Source of the DNA: a virus
DNA length: 64,000 bases
Reading direction: 5' to 3' (one strand)
Virus record (IMG/VR): IMGVR_UViG_3300045135_001635
Of this stretch, positions 57,084-64,000 are shown piece after piece; positions within the stretch are counted from its first letter, which is position 1, and each line of letters opens with the position of its first letter. Under the pieces are notes generated by a model. The model was not told the DNA's origin. It ran no database searches and saw only the letters and a list, made by a program, of their open reading frames with translations. The position numbers and the translations under genes are program-made.

Positions 57084-57907
57084 TGTTGCGTCTTATACTT
57101 CTTTTCGTTCCAATGTCTAACCATATCTAATTTCCAATCACCGCCAGTGTAGTGACAGAACTTAGCTTCCTCAAGGAATTCTTCTTCAGACGCATAATGC
57201 GGAGAATCATTCCAAGTTGGGTCAATAGTCTCAACGTCAAAGTCATTCTTCATAAACTGAGCTGAGATATAAGGTTGGTCATTTTGAATAGACATATGGA
57301 AGTCACCGCCATAACACCACTCTTCCCAAGGAGAGAATGTTTCACGTGCTAATAGACGAGCTTGTTTAGACCATAGTACAACGCCAGTATTCATAATGAA
57401 TATTTTACTTGGACTGTTCGGTGGCATTACAGGTACGATAGGACAGTCGTGCATCATAAACTTACGACAGAAGTTTTGATACGTAGATTCTTTATAGTCC
57501 CAAGAGTTATATCCACCGCCATTAGCCGTTACATAGTCAGACTCTAATACACCATATACATCCGCACCACTTTCCATAAGATCAAATATGTTTTCATCAG
57601 TATTCACTACGATGTCAGTATCAACAAACAATACATTGTCATATTCATCAAACATAGGATCTAACCAAGTACGAGCGCATTCGTGTAATAAAGATACGTT
57701 ACAGCCGTGACCTTTCGTAGTCACTCGCTCATCCCAATAAAAATGGTCAGCGCCAATCTTATCAGCGTATTGTTTAAACGACTCACGAGATATACGAGCG
57801 CACTCTTGATACAAGTCTGCTCGTTTCCATTCACCGATATCACCACGACTATTCACCGCTACTTTGTCTGTGGTAATCATATATTGTATAATAATATTTT
57901 TAGACAT
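57080..57907 (-). CDS. GT-A glycosyltransferase
   Basis: YADKIGAD, VLFVDTDI (DxD), NTGVVLW, DQPYI, WN, FCHY. Confidence 0.85.
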   Translation of the reverse strand: MSKNIIIQYMITTDKVAVNSRGDIGEWKRADLYQECARISRESFKQYADKIGADHFYWDERVTTKGHGCNVSLLHECARTWLDPMFDEYDNVLFVDTDIVVNTDENIFDLMESGADVYGVLESDYVTANGGGYNSWDYKESTYQNFCRKFMMHDCPIVPVMPPNSPSKIFIMNTGVVLWSKQARLLARETFSPWEEWCYGGDFHMSIQNDQPYISAQFMKNDFDVETIDPTWNDSPHYASEEEFLEEAKFCHYTGGDWKLDMVRHWNEKKYKTQQ

Positions 57908-58400
57908 TCTCTAATCTACTCATTAATCGTTCTGCTCGGTTAGTTACTTGTTTATGCCAACGACTATCGCGACCTTCTTTAGCAGCTTCTTTCCAGTCAC
58001 CTACTAATAGCGCAGCATTCATTTTCTTAAATTTGCTAAGACGTGGACGTCCCATATTGAACATCATATTCGCTATGATTTCTTGAACTTCTCCTGGAAA
58101 TTCTTCCCAGTGATCGCCATAAAGAACAATACATTCTTCAATCGTTATCTGTAAGTCCATTTCAAACGCAGACCGAACGCGTTCAAATTTAACAGGAGTT
58201 CCGACAGGTTGTCCATACTCAATATCATTCTCAGTAATCAAGTGACCTACACCAAAAGTTGGATAGCCTAAATGATCTAAGTAGATTTCATAGACAACAC
58301 CTTCATCTTCGCGAAGTTGTTTGAATAAATTTTCTCTATTTTCTAATTTCATCTTTCTTTGATCCTTTAGGCATTTTGCCCACTTACTGAGCCAATTCAT
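57900..58400 (-). CDS. T4-type lysozyme/endolysin (GH24)
   Basis: LREDEG...IYLDHLGYPTFGVGHL, NMMFNMG, DSRWHKQV.NRA.RL. Confidence 0.92.
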   Translation of the reverse strand: MNWLSKWAKCLKDQRKMKLENRENLFKQLREDEGVVYEIYLDHLGYPTFGVGHLITENDIEYGQPVGTPVKFERVRSAFEMDLQITIEECIVLYGDHWEEFPGEVQEIIANMMFNMGRPRLSKFKKMNAALLVGDWKEAAKEGRDSRWHKQVTNRAERLMSRLENV

Positions 58401-59074
58401 TAATCATATCCAAGTTCGTGCTTGGCTATTATATAGTCTTTGACGAAGTCACTTCTTACGATGTCTTCAATTTGGAAATCAATCATATCAAAGTTACCAG
58501 TCTTTTCTAATATCTTCATAAACTCGACCATACCAGACTGTTCACGCTTACCTTTGAAGTCATCCTGACGGAAGTCACCACAAAAGATAATCTTACAGTT
58601 AAGACCGACACGAGTAATGATTGAGTCTAATTCGTGGAACGTCATATTTTGACACTCATCAACAATAATAACTGAGTTATCAATTGTGATACCACGAATG
58701 AATGACGTTGTCATAAATTCAACAATAAACTTTTGTTTTAGAATGGAATAAGCATCACCGCGTTGGAATAGATTCGCAGCAACATCTTTGTAAGGTTCTT
58801 CGTATACCGCTGATTTCTCTTTATCAGTTCCTGGAAGGAAGCCAATATCTCGAGTCGGTACAGCAGAACGGATGATTACGAGGTTGGTAAATTCTCTTTC
58901 GGTCATAGCACGATAAGCCAAGTAACAAGCGACATACGTTTTACCTGTACCAGCAATACCGTGAAGGACTAGATTCTTTTCACTCTGGAACGCGAGTGTT
59001 TGATTCTGAGTAAGAGGTTCTATCGTTTGAAGAACTAGCTGATTACCAGCTAATGAATTACTCTTTTTGGACAT
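58400..59074 (-). CDS. phoH: PhoH-like ATPase
   Basis: GIAGTGKT, RDIGFLPG, FIRGIT, VDECQN, TRVG, GDFRQ.D, DIVRS. Confidence 0.95.
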   Translation of the reverse strand: MSKKSNSLAGNQLVLQTIEPLTQNQTLAFQSEKNLVLHGIAGTGKTYVACYLAYRAMTEREFTNLVIIRSAVPTRDIGFLPGTDKEKSAVYEEPYKDVAANLFQRGDAYSILKQKFIVEFMTTSFIRGITIDNSVIIVDECQNMTFHELDSIITRVGLNCKIIFCGDFRQDDFKGKREQSGMVEFMKILEKTGNFDMIDFQIEDIVRSDFVKDYIIAKHELGYD

Positions 59075-59083
59075 AATAAACCT

Positions 59084-59320
59084 TTAAGTTTTAATAGTAT
59101 TGTCTTTGCCCGCTTTTTTCTTAATGGCTCCGAGATGTTCTTGCCAATCATTTCCAGCCATAGAAAGTGTGGACTTAGTGCCAGAAATCAGACTGGGTGC
59201 TGTACCGTAGTAACGTTCCCATTCTGGATTTTGTTCTTTCCAGCTATCATATTCAGAGATCCGAAGAAACTTCGTGATAGTCTCTCCGGACTCTGCGTGT
59301 TTAAATTCATACTGTGGCAT
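59084..59320 (-). CDS. FmdB-like small protein
   Basis: MPQYEF....GE.......ISEYD.W...NP pattern, usually adjacent to phoH. Confidence 0.7.
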   Translation of the reverse strand: MPQYEFKHAESGETITKFLRISEYDSWKEQNPEWERYYGTAPSLISGTKSTLSMAGNDWQEHLGAIKKKAGKDNTIKT

Positions 59321-59410
59321 TATTTAATTCAACCTTATTAACCCGATTATAACAAAACTCATATACATCAAGAGACTCACATACGCTCTTGAAGAGATGA
59401 AATCACCCCC

Positions 59411-59560
59411 TTATCTCGAAACTTCCTGAATAGTTTGGGTTAAGAAACTACGCTGTGCAATAAAATTCGTCGTCGTTCGTCGATTTCCTTTTACCGCCGA
59501 GGCAAATGACCTCAAAGCGTGTATTGTACCTTTTACTTGTTCTATTTCATTGTTCGACAT
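59411..59560 (-). CDS. Small hypothetical protein (49 aa)
   Basis: Strong AAGGAG RBS; MSNNEIEQVKGTIHALRSF...FLTQTIQEVSR. Confidence 0.55.
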   Translation of the reverse strand: MSNNEIEQVKGTIHALRSFASAVKGNRRTTTNFIAQRSFLTQTIQEVSR

Positions 59561-59648
59561 AAAGTCTCCTTATTATTGTTTTAAGAAATTAGATTTTCGC
59601 TAAATTGTAGGTTTTTATGGTTGCCCTCCTTAAAAGAATTTTTTTAGG

Positions 59649-60074
59649 TTATTCTGGAATTAGATCTGGTAATGCTTCTTGAACTAATTTTTTAGTCAAG
59701 TACTTTACTTGTAAGTCTTTATCTTTCATGCGACAAATTAAGTCTGCGTCTTTAGGATGAATAGACTCAAGTAATTGAATGAATTTTTGTTCACGTTTGA
59801 ATGAAGGTAGGTTATCGCCTTTGAACCCCTTTACGAACCAACCAATATCTTTATGTCTTTTATGTAAGCTGGATGGGGTGGATTCTTCGCGATTTGCTTC
59901 GAACGGTGGTTTGCCTTCAGGCAAGTTGAATTGTAACGAGTCATCAAAAGTCGCACGTAAAACATCTCTTAATGCCCATGCGTCTTTATATTCGTGAAGG
60001 ACTTCGATTCGAGCTTTCTTGCTCTTTGCCTTCTCAAACTTTTCGATTATCTCATATACTTCTATGCGTCTCAT
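59649..60074 (-). CDS. Conserved T4-like hypothetical protein
   Basis: FD...F.LPEG.PPF, KREQKFIQLLESIHPKDA, LTKKLVQEA.P.LI. Confidence 0.75.
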   Translation of the reverse strand: MRRIEVYEIIEKFEKAKSKKARIEVLHEYKDAWALRDVLRATFDDSLQFNLPEGKPPFEANREESTPSSLHKRHKDIGWFVKGFKGDNLPSFKREQKFIQLLESIHPKDADLICRMKDKDLQVKYLTKKLVQEALPDLIPE

Positions 60075-60114
60075 TTGTTTCTCTCATGATTATTAATGTA
60101 AAGTTATCTATAAT

Positions 60115-60429
60115 TCACATATCTTGAATTTTATAGCAACGATATGAGTTACTGTCTATCTGAACCATGTCACCTTCGACACAAGCTTGGACATACTGTA
60201 GTAAAACTCTTTCACGAACTAAGACGTCTTTTCTTAGATTCGAAATTAACTTTTTATTATCCTCAAGAGATTGAGTATACTCAACTTCAAGTATCATATA
60301 CTCAACTTCAAGTATCATATACTCATCGTGGAGGATGTCGTTCTTATTCTGTAAGTCATTGAGCGCTGGTATTAGTACGAGCAAACAAGACAAAGCGCTT
60401 ATTGTAGCGACTCTTATTGTTTTGAACAT
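60115..60429 (-). CDS. Membrane-anchored coiled-coil protein
   Basis: N-terminal hydrophobic segment, heptads, two C-terminal Cys. Confidence 0.55.
   Translation of the reverse strand: MFKTIRVATISALSCLLVLIPALNDLQNKNDILHDEYMILEVEYMILEVEYTQSLEDNKKLISNLRKDVLVRERVLLQYVQACVEGDMVQIDSNSYRCYKIQDM
60276..60325. repeat. 21-bp tandem duplication (EYMILEV x2)
   Basis: TATACTCAACTTCAAGTATCA twice plus 8 nt. Confidence 0.9.
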
Positions 60430-60463
60430 AGATCCCCCTATAATATTATATAGGGGAATAATG

Positions 60464-60661
60464 TTACTCAGGAAGCACTTTTACACGTTTTTTTATGAAT
60501 TTACGACCACTGGTGGAGAACTTCATTGTTCTGAACGGAATGAACTTACCACCTTCAGTTTCTTGATAACCGTGTAACGTTGTATTACGGTCAGTTGTAT
60601 AATAGATAAGATTCTTAGCTTGACCTTTCCAGTCAGTGATTTCAGTTAGTTTATTGTACAT
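60464..60661 (-). CDS. Hypothetical protein
   Basis: EITDW..N.IY..FS.SGRKF pattern. Confidence 0.6.
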   Translation of the reverse strand: MYNKLTEITDWKGQAKNLIYYTTDRNTTLHGYQETEGGKFIPFRTMKFSTSGRKFIKKRVKVLPE

Positions 60662-60884
60662 TTGATACCTGTAATAATTTAGTGTTAAGAACCATATTCT
60701 CGACCAAGAGTTTTGTCAACGTAGCAGCAATAATTAACTTATCATCTTCCATTTCCAAAACGTGTAAAGCCATTAGGCGATATGCTTCGTCTTCGTCGAT
60801 TTCAACCATACCCCAATCAATAGGGTCGCCGACTTCTACTTCTTTAGCGATATCGACTAATAGCTCGGCAAGTTTATTGTACAT
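60651..60884 (-). CDS. Hypothetical protein (start probably MYNKL)
   Basis: DPIDWG...IDED.AY.L..ATLTKLLVEN.VLN. Confidence 0.6.
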   Translation of the reverse strand: MYNKLAELLVDIAKEVEVGDPIDWGMVEIDEDEAYRLMALHVLEMEDDKLIIAATLTKLLVENMVLNTKLLQVSNVQ

Positions 60885-61113
60885 TGTCTTCTTCCCAACG
60901 ATCAATCATATATCGCAACTCAGAAACTATTATACCACCATTTAAGTCTTCAATCTTTTCTTTAAGTAAAGCGATATCAGAAGCTTCTAATTCGTCAAAC
61001 GAACTTTTACCAAAAGCATCCTGTATCATATACTCAAGTTGCTCTTGAATCTCATAATTAATGATTGAGTCGATCTTATCGATCATTCGGTCGAAACGGT
61101 ATGTATTACTCAT
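60874..61113 (-). CDS. Hypothetical protein
   Basis: ORF with GGAG RBS. Confidence 0.55.
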   Translation of the reverse strand: MSNTYRFDRMIDKIDSIINYEIQEQLEYMIQDAFGKSSFDELEASDIALLKEKIEDLNGGIIVSELRYMIDRWEEDNVQ

Positions 61114-61240
61114 AATAATTCTCCAAAGTATTAATTCTCATAAACTCAACACACTCGCTCATTGTTCCGCGAAACATTGGGCGAGGGTAACGGTGACGAC
61201 GCACTTCATAGACGTCTTTAGATACCTTGACGATATGCAT
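61106..61240 (-). CDS. Small hypothetical protein (44 aa)
   Basis: TAATG-coupled MHIVKVSKDVYEVRRHRYPRPMF... fills the operon gap. Confidence 0.5.
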   Translation of the reverse strand: MHIVKVSKDVYEVRRHRYPRPMFRGTMSECVEFMRINTLENYYE

Positions 61241-61476
61241 TACTTCACCTGTACCTTTTTACCTTGTACCAAACAAGTTGGCGCTTTCTCGGCGCGATAC
61301 ATAAAGACAGAAGCTTCTTTCTTAGCAACGTTAGCCATATACCAATCGGCTTCCTGAAGTGTCTCTACAGCCTTGCTACGACCGAATACTTCAATACGTT
61401 GTAACAACTCTTGAAAGTCTTTACGACCTTCGTTAGACTCAACTACAACATCAACTACATACTTAACTAAATTCAT
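61240..61476 (-). CDS. Early hypothetical protein
   Basis: First gene after an early promoter; AAGGA RBS. Confidence 0.6.
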   Translation of the reverse strand: MNLVKYVVDVVVESNEGRKDFQELLQRIEVFGRSKAVETLQEADWYMANVAKKEASVFMYRAEKAPTCLVQGKKVQVK

Positions 61477-61483
61477 AATATAT

Positions 61484-61545
61484 TCCTTAACTCAATTTAT
61501 ACACTAATTATACTTGTTTCAAAACCAAAAGTCAACACTTTTTTA
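61484..61545 (-). promoter_or_regulatory. Early promoter TTGACT-17-TATAAT
   Basis: GTTGAC at 61531-61536, TATAAT at 61507-61512; spacer ends GAAACAAG like the family. Confidence 0.85.
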
Positions 61546-61716
61546 TACATTAAATGAATATTTTAATCCACTTGTATATTGACGCTCATAAGCGTTGAAC
61601 AACATACGTTGCTCGACTGTATGCTTTACTTTCGGTGGCTCCATAATAGGACGGTCTTCACCAAATATCTTATCCCACTTCTTAGAGTTCATTTTAGTAC
61701 GAGTAACTTTAGCCAT
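61543..61716 (-). CDS. Early small protein (true start MAKVTR at 61716)
   Basis: AGGAG RBS; promoter lies inside the longer ORF extension. Confidence 0.6.
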   Translation of the reverse strand: MAKVTRTKMNSKKWDKIFGEDRPIMEPPKVKHTVEQRMLFNAYERQYTSGLKYSFNV

Positions 61717-61723
61717 TTCTACT

Positions 61724-61784
61724 TCTCCTAAATTCAATACAAGTATTATACCTGTTTCAAAAACAGAAGTAAACACTTTTTTTA
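61724..61784 (-). promoter_or_regulatory. T4-type early promoter with conserved leader
   Basis: GTTTAC at 61769-61774, TATAAT at 61745-61750, leader ACTTGTATTGAATTTAGGAG. Confidence 0.85.
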
Positions 61785-62447
61785 AACTTTTTTCAACATT
61801 TCTTTGAATTCGTGACATTTTATACATTTACCGCATTTATCTGCGGTAGCGTGTACGCACGTATGTACGAGCTTTTGAATATGAGGAGGGATAGAGTTCC
61901 ACTGTTCTAGCTTTGACATATGAGCTAGCGGAGCACTCATCTTAGTTGGAATGTTTAGTTGAGCTAATACATTCTCTATACTACGAAAGTGATCATCCGC
62001 CCATTGCTTGTGTTTGTCACCTAGTCCATCATCCGGCGTACGAAGAATACCACCATTGTAGCCATAGTATATGTTATGTATTTGAGGATTGTTTAGATTG
62101 ACAAGCTGAGCAATATTAGACCAAGTGAAGATCATTGGAGGAACACTAGCTCCCCAAAACTCTTGATAATGATCACCAGTGACTTGTCTATCAACTACAG
62201 GGTTAGGATTAAAGTACTCTATTATTCGAAGATCGACGTCTAGCGCTTCAGCTATATTTTGAGCAGCTTGTACTTGTTGTTGCCAAAACATACCTAGCTC
62301 TACATGAAAGCATAGAGGTTTAAGACCACGTCTGACGCAATCATGTACTAATGCAGTCGACTCGGTTCCGCCAGACAGTGGAATGATACAATCGTACTTA
62401 GTCTTTTGGGATGTGTTTGCTGTGGATTTTGCAACCGATGAATTCAT
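61782..62447 (-). CDS. QueC-like PP-loop ATPase
   Basis: IPLSGGTEST PP-loop; PLAHMSK; TC.....CGKCIKC zinc site. Confidence 0.75.
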   Translation of the reverse strand: MNSSVAKSTANTSQKTKYDCIIPLSGGTESTALVHDCVRRGLKPLCFHVELGMFWQQQVQAAQNIAEALDVDLRIIEYFNPNPVVDRQVTGDHYQEFWGASVPPMIFTWSNIAQLVNLNNPQIHNIYYGYNGGILRTPDDGLGDKHKQWADDHFRSIENVLAQLNIPTKMSAPLAHMSKLEQWNSIPPHIQKLVHTCVHATADKCGKCIKCHEFKEMLKKV

Positions 62448-62820
62448 TATAAAAATCTTCTCTTAGTAATACATCATACTGAAACTGTAACTTAGCTTCA
62501 TAGTATGAACATTCGCCTTTGGTTCTACACAAATGGAGAACCTCTCTTTTATATCCTTCCCCACCCTGCTCTTTAACTAGCTGCTTCAGTTCTTGGTTAG
62601 AACCATAGTACTTCATCCAATCAGATTGGACACGTGTCTTAACTTTACGTTTACGTGTTTTGGTAATAGGGAGAGTTTTTGGTTTCCAGAAAAACTTCTT
62701 ACCGATATATTTCTTACCAGTATCAAGTTCAGTTATCATATAAACAAAACCCTGATAATCCTCGAGAAAGGACTCTTCAGGGTTAAATTCTTTTTCTTCG
62801 TAAAACCAAGTCATTGGCAC
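62398..62820 (-). CDS. GIY-YIG-like nuclease (conserved T4-like)
   Basis: GFVYMITELDTGKKYIGKK, YYGS, KREVL, YYE, FYN. Confidence 0.8.
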   Translation of the reverse strand: MPMTWFYEEKEFNPEESFLEDYQGFVYMITELDTGKKYIGKKFFWKPKTLPITKTRKRKVKTRVQSDWMKYYGSNQELKQLVKEQGGEGYKREVLHLCRTKGECSYYEAKLQFQYDVLLREDFYNEFIGCKIHSKHIPKD

Positions 62821-62859
62821 ACCTCATATTATTATAAACAATATTTAGTGTGTTATTAA

Positions 62860-62997
62860 CTAATCTTCTTCAACGTGTTCTGCTTCAACATCTTCACCGC
62901 ACATAGAGCAGTGACGAGGAACTTCATCCTCATACTTTACTATTACAACAGTTTCGATATCGCAGATTGGACATTCAATATTAAATTGCTGTTCCAT
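62860..62997 (-). CDS. Small zinc-ribbon protein (45 aa)
   Basis: MEQQFNIECPICD...PRHCSMCGE; TAATG-coupled to nrdB. Confidence 0.7.
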   Translation of the reverse strand: MEQQFNIECPICDIETVVIVKYEDEVPRHCSMCGEDVEAEHVEED

Positions 62998-63986
62998 TAC
63001 GCTACATCCTTTTCAATTTCATCCCAACCAAAGTCATCACCTTCCATACCTACAACCGAGTATTCAGTAACACGTTTCTCGAAGAAGTTATCGTGAGACG
63101 CGCCATTTAATACCCAATCAAGCCACGGTAGAGGATTATCTTTGACACCAAACATAGGCTTCATACCTAATTGTAAAAGACGACGATCCGCAATATGACG
63201 AATATATTGTTTCACTTCTTCTTCACTTAAACCAGCAATGTGAGAGCCGTCATCAGTATTATCTTTATATGCTAATTCGATAAACTTATCTTCTAATGAC
63301 ACAGCATTCTCAGCCATCTTATATATCTTAGATTTTAATTCATCGTTTACAATACGCTTATGCTCATCACAGAACGTACGGAACAACTTCGCGTTACCTT
63401 GTACGTGTAAAGATTCATCACGAATAGACCACTCAACAACAGTACCCATCCCTTTCATCTTACCTTGACGTTGAAAGTTAAGTAGCATAACGAATGAAGC
63501 GAATACCGACATCCCTTCGTTGAATACTGACTGCGCTAATGCTAATGCTAAACCAGTGTTAGTCTTACACTCACCGTCTTTCATAAAGTCAATCTTATCA
63601 GCCATTTCCTTATATTCTAAGAACTTATGGAAATCTTCGTCAGGTAAACCAAGCGTGTCATTTAATAGAGCATACGCACGTTGGTGTACTGCTTCACGAG
63701 CAGCAAACGAAGAAAGCATATTACGTACTTCATTGTTTTTAAAACGAGGGATTAATAACTCGTGGTAGTTCTCGCCTACTTGTACATCAGACTGAGTGAA
63801 CAAACGTAGAACGTGAGTTACGAATTCTTTCTCACCGTCGCTTAACTTTGTTTTCCAATCTTGTACGTCTTCAGAAAGTTCAACTTCGTCTTCCACCCAG
63901 TGAACTTCTTCGTGTTTCTTTGATAAATCAACCGCCCACGGATATAGGAACGGTTTATATGTTTGTGAAAATTTTAATAGAGACAT
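62997..63986 (-). CDS. nrdB: Ribonucleotide reductase class Ia beta subunit
   Basis: FTQSDV, REAVHQRAY, EGMSVFASF, RDESLH, NFFE.RVTEY. Confidence 0.97.
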   Translation of the reverse strand: MSLLKFSQTYKPFLYPWAVDLSKKHEEVHWVEDEVELSEDVQDWKTKLSDGEKEFVTHVLRLFTQSDVQVGENYHELLIPRFKNNEVRNMLSSFAAREAVHQRAYALLNDTLGLPDEDFHKFLEYKEMADKIDFMKDGECKTNTGLALALAQSVFNEGMSVFASFVMLLNFQRQGKMKGMGTVVEWSIRDESLHVQGNAKLFRTFCDEHKRIVNDELKSKIYKMAENAVSLEDKFIELAYKDNTDDGSHIAGLSEEEVKQYIRHIADRRLLQLGMKPMFGVKDNPLPWLDWVLNGASHDNFFEKRVTEYSVVGMEGDDFGWDEIEKDVA

Positions 63987-64000
63987 TTAATAACCTTATT

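Noticed and set aside
62398-62820. Mobile homing endonuclease or intron near nrdB
   Set aside because: nrdB is uninterrupted; the GIY-YIG protein is short, lacks DNA-binding extensions and looks like the conserved free-standing T4-like type.
1-64000. tRNA/rRNA genes or a recoded genetic code
   Set aside because: No cloverleaf signatures noticed in the short intergenic gaps; core genes are full-length under the standard code with all three stop codons used.

Overview
A 64-kb, AT-rich segment of a T4-like myovirus genome, probably marine and infecting a sigma70-using Gram-negative host. It has T4-type late promoters (TATAAATA) and a family of near-identical strong early promoters (GTTTAC/GTTGAC..TATAAT). 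Left half (1-41.5 kb): virion fibre and baseplate module (gp8, gp7-like, gp6, gp25, gp5, gp27-like, gp53, gp48, gp4, gp2, gp54, gp26/gp51, tape measure) followed by gp32 and gp33. Right half: small early genes, a large glycan-modification cluster (several glycosyltransferases, carbamoyltransferase, radical SAM, methyltransferase, sulfotransferase-like), lysozyme, PhoH, a QueC-like protein and NrdB. The standout is a 2267-aa protein (3682-10485, minus strand). Its ~1990-aa tetrapeptide-repeat region is mirror-complementary about a central WGGDPGWP turn: in every stretch I aligned by hand, an R/S-initiated tetrad in one arm faces an aromatic-x-Gly tetrad in the other. This suggests one giant antiparallel beta-hairpin fibre (a protein stem-loop). 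It sits next to a putative oxygenase/glycosyltransferase operon, and small copies of the same module occur in three other virion proteins. Other notable points are a probable -1 frameshift fusing gp26 to gp51, a chain of Ig-like fibre proteins possibly linked by donor strands and ending in a collagen fibre, and an orphan antisense sigma70 promoter. All assignments come from motif recognition and synteny; no database searches were run.
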